Shown piece after piece: positions 40,321 to 53,640 of a stretch of DNA of 64,000 nt. This DNA is from Glycera tridactyla (taxonomy: Eukaryota): NCBI GenBank assembly GCA_965644265.1, contig OZ286463.1, positions 105,834,001 through 105,898,000 on the forward strand, read 5' to 3'. The notes beneath the pieces were generated by a model. It made no database searches, was not told the DNA's origin, and saw only the letters and a list, made by a program, of their open reading frames with translations. The number at the start of each line of letters is the position of its first letter. Position 1 is the stretch's first letter. A program made the position numbers and the translations under genes.

Positions 40321-42809
40321 GGATTACCAAGGTCCCTTGTACCTATGTTGCTTTTCTGTATTCATTTTGTGTTTATACTCAGACAGAGAGAACTTGATCT
40401 CCAGATTTTCTATGATCAGATCATGCAATGAATCTTACATATCATACAAATTGGGTATGAGGTAGGGGTCCAACAAAGATATATCATCAGGAAAAAAGAC
40501 CAAATACGGATTACATGGCATACTGGTTAGACAGGTGACAATTCGATGCCACATATTATCAACCATACATCTACCTATATCTTACCCTGAAAACAATAGT
40601 TATGCATTTAATTTCGGCAAAAATGTGTATCGACCTCCCCACTGTTACTGCGGAAATCATGATATGGGGATTATACTATAGATGTCCATGGAGAACCGAC
40701 GAAACAGAAGGAAACAGGAGCAGGTGCAAGAAAAGGTTCCATTTGGCTCAGTAGGCAACCACTCGGGGGTGGTGAGAGGCATCCTCATTTCAATTCGTCC
40801 AGTTGATTTCCCATGATTCTCGTCGGCTTAAAAGCTTCCGACCCGCCACAATGACAACGCTACTTCTCTCAGCAGTGACTGTGTATATTCTAAGACACTA
40901 TACAATGTGTGGCCTACAAAGAAGTTGTGGCGCATTTCAAACCACTCCTATACAGTGACACCAACAGGATGGAAGTACGATGAAAGCGATTGACAAAATG
41001 AATATGTGGGTCACTTTCATAGACAGAGTGGAGAACTAAATGCGGATTGAGAAATTGAGAGACGAGATGAGGAGAGTATTGCTGGGATGGAGATCAAATT
41101 GTTCAGATAAGAGTAAATGGATGGGGTGGTCACCAAATTGGAGGGATGAAGAATGAATGCATGTTGAGAAAAAAAAGTTACAGGATGGATGATGAATGTG
41201 TAGGACGATGATTAAAAGGGTGGGATGACGATAACATGGCTTGAGTGTTGATTAGATGAGTAAAATGAAGAATGGGTGGTTTGGATGATCATGTTGGTGA
41301 GATGAAAGATGAATTGGTGAGATGATGAAAGGATGAAATGGCACAAGCACACTTCTACCGATTACAACTCGAGAGCTGCCTGAAAAAGGACAGCTGATTG
41401 AGACAATTCTGGTACGTCTCGGATAACTTATATGTCTCAATATGGCCAGCATACACCATGTGTCGTGTGTGTGTGTTCATCCTCGCTTGAGGGTGATATA
41501 CATATCTTATTCACGCTCGAAATTCAGCAAAGACTAAAGCAGAGTTGATACATTGACAGCTCAAGTATGAAACTGCTGAATGTATCAGATATAGTGTGGT
41601 GATTGATTGATGACGACGTTCAATGTTCCAGCTGGAGATAAGAGTTGTCCTTCTGTGAGATTGCTGTGAGGTCCAGTGGCGCAGTGCTGTCGTCGTTGAG
41701 TTGCCATCTGCCGGACATACGGGGTGATATGCTTGATCTATTGGCCTACTACGCAGGCAGATTTGGCCTGCATGACTGGCTGCTGCTGCATGCCCATATT
41801 TCACACTCTAATTAGATCACTTAAATGATGGATAGCATGGGACCTGTGTCGTTATCGATCACGCCATCACACACTCTATCCACCTATTTTCCCCTCAGTC
41901 ACAATCGGCAAATTAGGCATATTGGAAGTCCGCCAGGGTCAAGATTTTATTTCCAGTCTGGACCCACCCTATGGGGTGGCACCTCTAAGCAAAATTCACG
42001 ATAATGATGCTTTTGGCCAGCTAGTCAATGTTTACAAATCGGTAAAGCTGATGATATATTGTTTTTGATATAATGCCCACGCCTACATCATTGATTTCCT
42101 CACAGTAACAGTATCAATAAAAAGATGAATGTTACGTTCCCCTGCCTACTTGCTTCCATCATGGCAAGGACATTTTGATACAGTACGATACAGTACCTGG
42201 GCAACACGAACGTGACGTCAGCCTGATTTGATCTGGTTGCTAGGTGACAGCGTTGAGATGAGGCACGTCAGGACGTGCCTAATGCATATCAAATGCACTA
42301 GTCCTGTACATGACCGCCCTGCTTGGGCTAGTAGCCCATTAGCCCCCAGTGGGACTCAACATTTTCCAGAGTATGCTCTATTCCACAGAAGAACATCATA
42401 TCATACGCTTTTGTATACGGATATGCGGATCAATTGTGCACAACTTGTAGACACATATGTACAATCTGAAAATGCACCTCTGAGAATGAATCCAACAGTC
42501 AAATACGAGGACAATGGTCATGAAATAAAAGAATGAAGATATGAAGAGAAAATGTTCGTTGTGCCGAGTATAGAGGATATACAGATGTTCATCCAACGTT
42601 TGAACAAAAGCAGTTGGGATTACATCATGTGATGACAGTATTCCTAGAGCGAGCGTGTGGGTGTGGAGCAGTATCTAAGTAGATTTCTGTTAAATTGGCA
42701 GGCGCGGAAGCCGCTGACGGACGAGATGGGGAGGGGATTGGGGGTGTAGCCTGTCTCGCTGACCTTTGGATAATAGCAGGGATGTAGATGGAGGGTGGCA
42801 ATTAGTCGG

Positions 42810-43711
42810 CTCCTCGCTCAACACTATTACAATCTAGTTCATAATACATACTTTCTTATATATGTCTGTCCAGGCCTCGACGTATATAGACACCTTACTT
42901 AACCCCCACGCTCCTCGCTCAACACTATTACAATCTAGTTCATAATACATTCTTTCTTATATATGTCTGTCCAGGCCTCGACGTATATAGACACCCTACT
43001 TAACCCCCACGCTCCTCGCTCAACACTATTACAATCTAGTTCATAATACATTCTTTCTTATATGTGTCTATCCAAGCCTCGACGTATATAGACACCTTAC
43101 TTAACCCCCACGCTCCTCGCTCAACACTATTACAATCTAGTTCATAATACATTCTTTCTTATATGTGTCTGTCCAGGCCTCGACGTATATAGACACCTTA
43201 CTCAACCCCCACGCTCCTCGCTCAACACTATTACAATCTAGTTCATAAAACATTCTTTCTTATATGTGTCTGTCCAGAGCTCGACGTATATAGACACCTT
43301 ACTCAACCCCAACACTCCAAGCTCAACACTATTACAATCCAGTTCATAATACATTCTTTCTTATCTATGTCTGTCTAGGCCTCGACGTATATAGACACCT
43401 TACTTGACCCCCACGCTCCACGCACAACACTATCACAATCTAGTTCATAATACATTCTTTCTTATATGTGTCGGTCCAGGCATCGACGTAAATAGACACC
43501 TTACCTAATCCTCACGCTCCACGCTCGACACTATTACAATCCAGTTCATAATACATTCTCTCTTATATGTGTCGGTCCAGGCCTCGACGTATATAGACAC
43601 CTTACCTAATCCTCACGCTCCACGCTCGACACTATTACAATCCAGTTCATGATACATTCTCTCTTATATATGTCTGTCCAGGCCTTGATGTATATAGACA
43701 CCTCACTTAAC
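42810..43711. repeat. Minisatellite, 101-bp unit, ~9 copies
   Basis: Unit starts CTCCTCGCTCAACACTATTACAATCTAGTTCATAATAC at 42810, 42911, 43012. Divergence increases toward the right end. Confidence 0.98.
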
Positions 43712-45249
43712 CACGTCGCCTGGCCGCATGTATATTCAACCACCAACACACCAACTCATTTTCTGGGTCCCCACGTATATAAATAATATTCACTCTTCTT
43801 CACTATGTAACGTCGCAGAGGTAGTATCCATATCCCATCTATTATAGGCATTTCTTTCGCCACCGATGCCAAACACCAAAGATTGTTTCCATATCTTTAT
43901 CGCTATATGAGACATTTGTATTTCACCACATTGTTCCAGCCTTGGTTGTTCTCAGATAGAGGTGATAAGAATATATATGACTAAACCCAATCAATATATG
44001 TTCCGCTTCACCATATACAGAGGCAACGTCCTTACATATGATGCCAAGGTCATCGTGAATTCTTTAATAGAAGAAGCGTAACCTGTGTAGTTATTCCTCA
44101 GTCTAGGGAACGAATTATAAACAGAATCATGACGAATACATCTGTCGACAATAATCAAGTGTATGTTCAGCAAAGAGGTGAGCGTGTTTTCTGTGATAGT
44201 TTGATTGTTTTTGTTTCGTCTAGTCTGTCAGCAAAATCTTATGGTATATGTGGGATTTCATCATCAGATCAGACATACGCGTCATGATGAATGTGCATCA
44301 CAATGTTTGTCTTTACAGCATCATAGCGTGGGCAAATTCATGAGAGAACTCATCCAACCAGATTTCTTTTACCCTGTCTTCTTGACTGACTTAGTCGTTT
44401 TTTTCCTCTGCTTGCCATGGGACGAATCGCGACTGACCATACGTGGGTCTGTCAGATTGATTTGATTGTATCCCTTTCGTGTAGGAAAAACATACGACAT
44501 CCAGTCCGAAGATCCAATCATATATATGTAATCCTTCCAAAATGAAGAGCAACAAGAAGCAGTCATCCGACAGGCTTGTAGGAGTATCCCCTCCTCAGAC
44601 CAAGATGTTGATCATGGCTAGTGATCAGATTCTAATTCAAGTTTCAATTCAAATGAACAGCAGGAAGTGAAGTAAAGACTTGATGTGCCCAGGATTTTGT
44701 CCCATTTAAAATAATGGCTTCACTCCTGTGGATGTTAGTTCAGAAATTAGACGTCACAACTGTCTAGAAGATGAAAAAGTTTGCGTGATCAGACTTCACT
44801 GGTACTCATTCCTGATTTACATGCCCAATTGAATTGGATCTATGAACACACACTTCCCTCCATATTCAACAGTTAAATACCAGTATGAAAGAGTACGGAG
44901 ACATAGAATTGAGATTGCAAATATATATTTATTTTGATGAGAAAAGGTCAATGATGAATGAGACAGAGTCAATGGATGATCGATATACCCCAGTACAAAC
45001 ACTCCTGATTATAATATAGTGATAAATCATTAAGTACCAATATGTGAATATACGATAGAGTAAATCAGATCGGATTTGTAACCAGTATCACAGAACGGAT
45101 TATATGTGGCTGATATATAGAGATATGATAATTTCTCAACCAAACATCAGTCATTCGCATTCACTCCAATACATAGAAAATTTTAAATCCCCATGTTGAC
45201 ATACAATACAAGTAAATATATGACCTCAGTATGTAGGAGGGATAGTTAT

Positions 45250-45880
45250 AAAGAAAACACAGTCCTGATTCACTAATCCAAATGCGATGATCCAACGATG
45301 TCTGTAGCGCTTTGTAGAACGGGAACTGTAGTTGTAGAGTAGCTGTAGTCAGAGCATGATTAATAAAGTCCCTGAAAAGTCAATGTGCACACTATATAAC
45401 TAGAGCTCAAGAATATAGTCCAATAGTCAGATATAGCGTGGCTACGCGAGAAAATTCACGGAAGAATTTCGATCACTTGAGTTACTCGTGTATCAGTCCG
45501 TATTCAGAAAGCAGATATACGTTGACACGACTTTGTCGAACAGAGAGTATTTGGCAAGTCCTCTCAGCGAGATAATCACGCAGAAGTCCTCACAGCACGA
45601 CATCTCATCAAGCAGAGATAGCGCCCAAGAGACTCGGACTAAGTCCCAAATGCAGTCATCCCGGTTAGTTCTCCTTAGGCCAGAGAAGGGCTAGCAACCC
45701 CTGAAGTCACTGGTTGGCTTCCCATAAGCCAGGAAGATCAGCGACTCGAGTTGCATCTCTGGAGAGAGCACACCTCCCTCAACGCTCAGTTGAAATTCTT
45801 CGAACTCAACTGCAGCAAAAAGACAGAGAAGTCTCCTACCATGGTGTTCTAGAGTCATTCACTAAGGTGAGTGGCTCTCA
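45250..45880 (+). mobile_element. Possible second DIRS-like fossil (methyltransferase-like region and YR N-terminus)
   Basis: VDTTLSNREYLASPLSEIITQK (cf. DAF...W...YAFPP.SLI..VL.K) followed by LERAHLPQRSVEILRTQ...SYHGVLESF (cf. GL...V..IL.S.R.ST...Y...W..F). Weak. Confidence 0.3.
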
Positions 45881-48800
45881 TAAAATCAAAGTTATGTTCA
45901 CTTTGTTCAATCTCAAAAAGTTTATAAATTCTTTGCGTGCTCTTTGTTGCTAGTGCAGTGACAGATCTATTATAGTGGGAAGGCAAGATCCCACTGATCC
46001 TCACTAACTGAATAGCGATAAGACTGCAAAAAGAGAGATTGAATTAAAGTTATAAGTTACTTGAAAATTCAACAAAGTAGTTGAATAAATTGTCAAAGGA
46101 AAATTCGAAAAAATTTACTGTTGAAAAGAAATTTCAATGCCTAAAGTCATAATCAACAAAGAAGGCACCTAGCAAACTAAGTTAATCAATTCATGAGAAT
46201 TGGCATTAAAAGATCATCAGCTGTGATACAGAGAGCTAAGTCCATGGGGTAATGAACTAAAAAGGTGAATACACCAAGTCCTCTCTAAACCAGCGGGGTT
46301 ATGATGCAGCAGTAAACAGAAAAAGATTTGAAGTCCAACTGTCTGCATGAAAAGAGCAAGCATGCTTTTCAATTTTAAATAGCAAAGTCTCAATTCAAAA
46401 AGAATTCAAAATTCGAACTAATTCAAAGTTGATTTTGAATGATGAATTCAAATTCAGAATAAATTCAAATTATTGAAGAACCGCTATCTAGACAGGTAGT
46501 CTCTATAGACTATATCAGATGCAAGTTACCACTCACCAGAGGCAGGTGGCAGTGAGCTGAAATCAACACAAGTTCTCCCTCCCATTTCAGTGTGACTCAG
46601 AACTAACAGACCGGAACGTGCTAAGTCATGGCTGCAGTGGCAACTGGGTCTAATTTCTGATCAACCATGTCCAAACCAAGTGCTAAAGTTTCGAAATTCA
46701 AAATCCCCAAATTTTGACAGATTCTTATGCGTTAACAAAGTCCAAAGCCAAAAAGTGAAAAAGAAATCCGAAAATACAGAGCGTTTAAGTTTTATCTGCA
46801 GGCCCATGGTCACAAAACACAACCACAAATGTGCTTATGTAATAAGACAGTGTGGGGGTGGGGTAGCAACGCACTAAGTCTCAGTTGACGCGCTGAGTTA
46901 ACACTGTCACACACCAAGTAGCGAAAAACCGATAGCTAGAATTTCAGAAGCCAGCAATTCACAATCACCGAGAAACAATTCCGATCTATTCTACATTTGT
47001 TCAAAGTCTTTTAGCTCAAATGAAAAGTTCCAAACTGGCCGAAAAGTTAAAGTGGAGCAAAACTCAAAGTGAGGCTATCCAAAATGGCGGATGGAAATCC
47101 AAAATGGCGGATTGTTTACATCCAACCGATCAGCAAGAAAGCTCTAGATCGGTCCGATAATTGTCTACAACATTTCAAAGCTCAAAAAGAAAACGGATTC
47201 GGCTGCTTTTCTTTATAGAAACAAACCGTTTACAAACACTGAATTTTGATGGCCTAAAAATGGTTCAAAAACATTTTCCTTCAAAAGTAACGTCCAACTT
47301 GACGTAGCACATCACTTAGCATTAAAATCTCGAAGTGGTCACAAGTGACAGGTTGGTCTCAATAGAGAGGTATTCTTCTAAAAGTAGAGCACAGGGTTCA
47401 GGATCAAAACACGAGACTTAAGGTGCTCAGGGAAGATCCGTGCTTAGGGCACTCGAGACAGTGAAAGCACTGCAAATTGTTTGCCTATCAACACAATCGG
47501 TGCCACAGTGATAGAATCGAATTATTCAATACACTGCATCGCACCGCGCTTATATCGGACGTTCATGCGGTGACTACGACATATAGGGCTATATTGGGAT
47601 GCTCAGTAGTTCATTTCGAACGCTCCTCTCACTCGGCCAACCCAGCGAGTCCAAGCGTTTTCAGACAATCTGAGAGCACTCTGCTTAGCCCTGTTCCACC
47701 CATACTGGCATACTGCGCCGGGAACAACACTGGAAGAACACGGCCCAGTTCCTCGCAGTTTCACCAGTTCCACATGTTCCAGAAAATTTCACACGTTCAC
47801 CGGAACAGCACAGGGAATTCACAGAAATGCCACAGACGGTATAAAACAGAGATTAGCTAATAAATGCATTGGGCATGGGGCATTTTACAGGGCAACACTT
47901 TAAGCATCCAAAATATCCAAAACACAAGTTTCACGACCATGTATGCTTGAAAACGAGTATTATCAATGCATATCATGGAAAATCCAGTAGCATGTTATGG
48001 AATGGTACTAATATGGCCAGAGGAGCAAAATGTTACAGAGCTCCTAAATATGCAACCTATCAGCTCCGACATAAACTAACAAACTCAATCACTGACTTAC
48101 TGTGTAAGCGGAGGTTTTAGTTGTCAACAATTAGGAAAGCATCATCATATCCAACACAGCGATGTCAGATGGGATCTATGACTTCCCTTACTTCTCAACC
48201 ATAGGTGCGCTCCCTCCAGGGTAGAATCTTCAAGTGCTGGTCTCTCGGCAGTGAAGGGTTTTATTAAGCTACCCTGGAGAGGCAAGCAGGTACATTGACA
48301 TGAGCGGGAATGTTGATGTCAACCCCCCAACCCAGTATGCTTCGTTTGGACATGCTTTCCCAGCTAAACGGATCCATTTCAGTCGGATTTCTAAAGAAAG
48401 TATGTCACTTCAAGGGACCTCATAAGAGACAAATTGAGTCGATACCCGGCCTCGAAATGATACAAAAATCGGCGTAACTTTTTACCGACTAAAGATACAT
48501 TCTTTTAACTTGGGATATAATTCAGCCTTAATATCATTGATATGGCATGAACTTTTGGACGTCCTAACTCCAATTTTGAAGAAATGGCGCCTATTTAACC
48601 GATTACACCTAGATTCATGATAAGCAGGGCTCCAACCGAGTTCGCGTCTTCATAGGTGCATACCTCCATTGCTAGTTGCCATGACAATGTATTATTCAAA
48701 ATATTTTGACATTTAGATGGAAATAAACACATCACACAGAAATACGGCGACTTATATGTGATAAAACGCGTTATTCACCCATCTAACACGTTTATTTCCA

Positions 48801-49184
48801 ATTTTCGGGACTGGATAATAGTACCGAGGGCCTCAAAAGGAAATCCGCGGATTTTGCTAAAAGAAATCCCTATCGTTTTCATACTAGTTTCTAATAACAC
48901 GCGCGGATGTCAATCCGTAGTGTTACATATATTCATGCTTGAACATATGTCTGATTTCAAATGCTCTCAACAGTTCTTTTGATGGTTTCAAATACTTTCC
49001 TAACTGAAAGAACGGGATAACAAGTTGGTAGACTTTCTCACTACACATGTCGGAAGTGGGTCAATTATAGCCAAACCAAGTGATGCGAGGAGGTCATGAG
49101 GATATACAGCATTCGTCAGAGTGACCTGAGTGACCTAAAATTCCACTGTCTGGCCTGGAAATAGGCTAATTCCACATAAGGTCA

Positions 49185-49309
49185 ACTACCCATATAAGAC
49201 CCTGACAGTCAGTGTTATATATGGGTAGTGATGCAAATGTGGGGAGCGCTTTCCAGATAATAATCACTACCCATATAAGACACTGACTGTCAGGGTCTCA
49301 TGGGTAGTG
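49185..49309. repeat. Nested palindrome: two self-complementary ~46-bp units in inverted orientation
   Basis: 49185-49231 and 49264-49309 are near-perfect reverse complements of each other. Each is bounded by ACTACCCAT...ATGGGTAGT. Confidence 0.9.
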
Positions 49310-49937
49310 GCCTTATGTGGGCAGTGGTTCAAGTTAGGGTTTACCTCCCATAGAAGACCATGACACATGCTCAAGCAAGCATTGAAGTGGGAGATCTTTG
49401 CTGTTTGTGAATCGCCCTGTTGGGATATAGAACCTATTCTATCGCTCATTTGGACGGAAATGGGTGTGGACTTGAGTGTGAGTATAGCTGCTGCATTCAA
49501 TGAATCGTCAGTTTCACGAGCCGGTGTTTAGTTGAGACTAACGATTGTGTCCATGTTTTTTTCTAGTTATCGCAAACGATACTGAAGATCGATATGTCAC
49601 TCCCGGCGAAATGGCTGTTTACCATACAAAGTCCAACCACGTGCCTTGCCAGAAATCCAGATTTCTGAATCATTAATCAAATGTTTCAGGATGTTTGAAT
49701 GTTGCTTCTCCAAGGTGGGCCCATATTCAAAATCATTTTGATTGGTACAGTCACTTTTTGTATACATTACATTCAGTAGCTCAATTTATGGAAATGATCA
49801 GCTACAAACAGTGAAAGTCATGTGCCTCAAGAGGGAATGTGTGACCCATGGCCATCTATGTGATTCAAACGATTCACCTACTTGTTCTCACGGCATTCAC
49901 AATGAGACATCGGACATGTAAGGACGTGTGGAGTCTG

Positions 49938-51413
49938 CAGTATCGAAATTCAAACGCGGACTGATTTGTTGAATGGGCCTCTTCAATCCCAAACTAGCTT
50001 TTACGTGAATAGATGTGGCTCTATCAGTATTGGAATTCAAACGTGGACTGATTAGTTGAATGGGCCTCTCCAATCTCAAACTAGCTTGTACGTGAATAGA
50101 CGTGGTTCTATCAGTATTGAAATTCAAACGTGGACTGAATAGTTGAATGGGCCTCTTCAATCTCAAACTAGCTTTTACGTGAATAGATGTGGCTCTATCA
50201 GTATTGGAATTCAAACGTGGACTGATTAGTTGAATGTGCCTCTCCAATCTCAAACTAGCTTTTACGTGAAAAGACGAGGCTCTATCAGTATTGGAATTCA
50301 AACGTGGACTGATTAGTTGAATGAGCCTCTTCAATCTCAAACTAGCTTTTACGTGAATAGACGTGGCTCTATCAGTATTGGAATTCAAACGTGGACTGAA
50401 TAATTGAATTAGCTTCTCCAGTCTCAAACTGGCTTTTACATGAATAGACGTGGCTCTATCAGTATTGGAATTAAACGTGGAATGATTAGTTGAATAAGCC
50501 TCTTCAATTTCAAACTAGCTTGTACGTGAATAGACGTTGCTCTATCAGTATTGGAATTAAACGTGGACTGATTAGTTGAATGTGCCTCTCCAATCTCGAA
50601 CTAGCTTTTACGTGAATAGACGTGGCTCTATCAGTATTGGAATACAAATGTGGACTGATTAGTTGAATGAGCCTCTTCAATCTCAAACTGGCTTTCACGT
50701 GAATAGACGTGGCTCTATCAGTATTGGATTTCAAACGTGGACTGATTAGTTGAATGAGCCTCTTCAATCTCAAACTAGCTTTTACGTGAATAGACGTGGC
50801 TCTATCAGTATTGGAATTCAAACGTGGACTGAATAATTGAATTGGCTTCTCCAGTCTCAAACTGGCTTTTACATGAATAGACGTGGCTCTATCAGTATTG
50901 GAATTAAACTGGAATGATTAGTTGAATGAGCCTCTTCAATCTCAAACTAGCTTGTACGGGAATAGACGTGGCTCTATCAGTATTGGAATTCTAACGTGGA
51001 CTGAATAATGGAATGAGCTTCTCCAGTCTCGAACTAGCTTTTACATGAATAGACGCGGCTCTATCAGTATTGGAATTCAAACGTGGACTGATTAGTTGAA
51101 TGAGCTTCTCCAATCTCAAACAAGCTTGTACGTGGATAGACGTGGCTCTATCAGTATTGGAATTCAAACGTGGACTGATTAGTTGAATAAGCCTCTCCAA
51201 TCTCAAACTAGCTTTTACGTGAATAGACGTGGTTCTATCAGTATTGGAATTCAAACGTGGACTGATTAGTTGAATGTGCCTCTCCAATCTCGAACTAGCT
51301 TTTACGTGAATAGACGTGGCTCTATCAGTATTGGAATTCAAACGTGGACTGATTAGTTGAATGAGCTTCTACAATCTCAAACTAGCTTGTACGTGGATAG
51401 ACGTGGCTCTATC
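49938..51413. repeat. Minisatellite, 87-bp unit, 17 copies
   Basis: Unit CAGTATTGGAATTCAAACGTGGACTGATTAGTTGAATGAGCCTCTTCAATCTCAAACTAGCTTTTACGTGAATAGACGTGGCTCTAT. The AAACG anchor occurs at 49952 and 50039. Confidence 0.99.
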
Positions 51414-52702
51414 GAGAATTCCTCCCAGATTCCATACAAATCCAGCGAACAAAATACTTCTTGAAGCAGGCCATGTTCGGATTATTCATGTTCAATAGCG
51501 TAGAAAATACGTTCATTTGCTCAACATATTCTACAGTTTTCAGTTCTGTTACGGATCCAGATCACGACTTTAACAAAACACTTTGCATGTAACTGACCGC
51601 ATCGAAAAAGAATTTGATGAGGATTCATATTACGAGATAACTTCGGAGATTTCGTGTCCAGTAAATATTCATGAACAAGAAGAGTCATGACAACGGTGAA
51701 GTGGGCTACATCTGCAGGTTGCCCACCCCTCAGAAGCACTAGCGAACCGAGATGGGCGAGAGAGACAAATTTGGGACGTAAGTGAGAACGACAGTGCAGA
51801 GTGGAAATTTGTTTTTGATTTGATGATGAGCTAAAGTGGGTTATGGGGTTGTGTACTTTGCTGTCTCTGCGTGGTTTCAAGAGCCAAAGGGCGACTCATG
51901 TCAACCTCTATTTTGTTCATTGACATTAAATGTCGGTCTGCTATATCGTGGCCACAAAATTGGATATGGTCCGTTTCAACGTTTTCGAGAACGATGTCCG
52001 AGTCATCGCCTTCTGTGGTGAGTACGCATTCCTCCGTCGACGATCCAAAGATGACATTCATGAGAACAATTAAAGGGATGATGCTGATGACGAGGATCGT
52101 TAATTAAAATATCGTAAATGTAATGTCAGAGTCCATATCACCATGTGGTAGCTTGTAATTGATGAATGGCAGGCTGGCGGGGGAAAGCAACGGTGCGTTG
52201 TGGCTCGTAGCTTTCACGGGAATAAAAGGGCATTAATTACTCGTGTCTGAAAATATTGCTTGATAGCAGAATGTCAGATATATACAATGGCGGGGCATCA
52301 TGATTGTTTCTCATACAACCTCCAACATGTTAATAAATACTTTCTTTTTTTCTTTCAGTCATTCTGTCTTTCTGGTTGGCTGTCTCTATATATGTCTGTC
52401 AGCCTCTCTGTCTATTAGGTTGTCTGGCTGTCTACATTTCCGTCTCTTAGGCTGAGTGTCTAGGGAATAAGCAGACAGATAGACGTACCCAACAATGTGG
52501 CGGAAATTGGAAAGGAAATAGGAAGGACAGAGAGACCAAAGAAAAATAGCATGAAAGAGATGGCAGACAAGAAAAAAGAAGTGCTGATAATGAAGTTTGT
52601 GTGTGAATCTGGATTCCTCTTGATTATCTCGCCCTGTATGTCAACGTTTTGGCGATGCATGATCGAACCTGTCTGTGAAGATTACACTCATTCCTATTTG
52701 TC

Positions 52703-53640
52703 TAGGCAGGATTTCAGAAAATGTGCTTATTTCAGGTCCTGAAGGCAAATCTTGATAATTCATGGCATACTGTGGTTTTATTGATGATCAAGGGTGCTGA
52801 ATCCGAATTTGCTGTATGCCCGGCTCAAAAATGATCCCCAATGACTCAAAATTAAGAAATTTAAGATGGCCGCCACCGCGGCACTAGAATCTCTTTCTGT
52901 ACATAACTTTTTGCACAGAAAGCGTAGAAACTTGAATAAAATGTGCTTTTATAGGTCTTCTCATATGGGGAAGTCTTTGCAACAATCAATATTTAATTAG
53001 ACATAAGGAAAATGCTGAAATTGCACACACATTGTAAAAATTGGTCCTGCACCTGATAGATATTTTGTCAAACTAATGGTTAGGAACATCAGATTGAAAA
53101 TCTGTTTTCAAAAATTATATTTTTTCTTTGCATCATTTCAGAAGAGTGTTTATATTCACCAAAGCAGTTGACAAAACCTTATTGTTCATGAAAATTCTAC
53201 ATGCTATGAATGCTGTATTCTATAGCAAAACATTTGAAAACTATACATGAAGTCATGAACTCAAGTATTACATTCAGGAGTTATTCTCTGTCATCTTGAA
53301 TGTTATGACAGTCGATTCTCAACTCCCTGCAGGTGCAGGCTTCAGTGCAATCCATGCAATCAAATTCATACCTGCGAACTCACCAGCTTTTGCGTCAGAG
53401 GGAATATTTCCAGGGCTCTATATTGACCAAAACATTTAGGAGCTGGCCGATTCCTCTGTTGAAATTCGTGGTAGCTAGTGCAAAATGTTGGTAACCAGTC
53501 AATACATTGCCAAGTACAACCTTTCAAAGTTTCAGGGGCAGCTGGCTCCAAACATTTGAAATATGGTAACCAGAGGGTAAATCTGGTAGCCATCAGCTAC
53601 CGACAGGTAGCAAGGCAGAGCCCTGATTTGCCATGATGAG
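52703..53640 (-). mobile_element. 3' end of an Academ-type transposon (terminal repeat plus C-terminal Cys-rich coding remnant), inverted
   Basis: 52703-~53360 is an inverted copy of ~56030-56689, with the terminus TAGG at 52703. The minus strand reads CMDCTEACTCRELRIDCHNIQDDRE* (stop at 53283-53281), preceded by PAPK and APETLKG remnants. Confidence 0.8.

Noticed and set aside
40620-40810. LINE endonuclease-like VYRPP / GLYYRCP motifs
   Set aside because: Two short motifs only, with no GDFN or SDH motif and no linked RT.
49897-51341. Three minus-strand repeat ORFs (LISPRLNSNTDRATSIHVKASLRL)n
   Set aside because: By-product of the 87-bp (3n) satellite. The frame is interrupted by stops and indels between blocks.
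12443-51413. Tandem arrays as CRISPR arrays
   Set aside because: Units are contiguous near-identical monomers with no unique spacers, there are no cas-like ORFs, and the context is eukaryotic.
8506-51777. Other small AG...GT candidates (8506-8550 +, 12390-12411 +, 15410-15420 +, 23353-23374 -, 46537-46556 -, 51718-51777 +)
   Set aside because: Weak pyrimidine tracts or non-3n lengths, mixed strands and no coherent protein. Such pairs are expected by chance in 64 kb.
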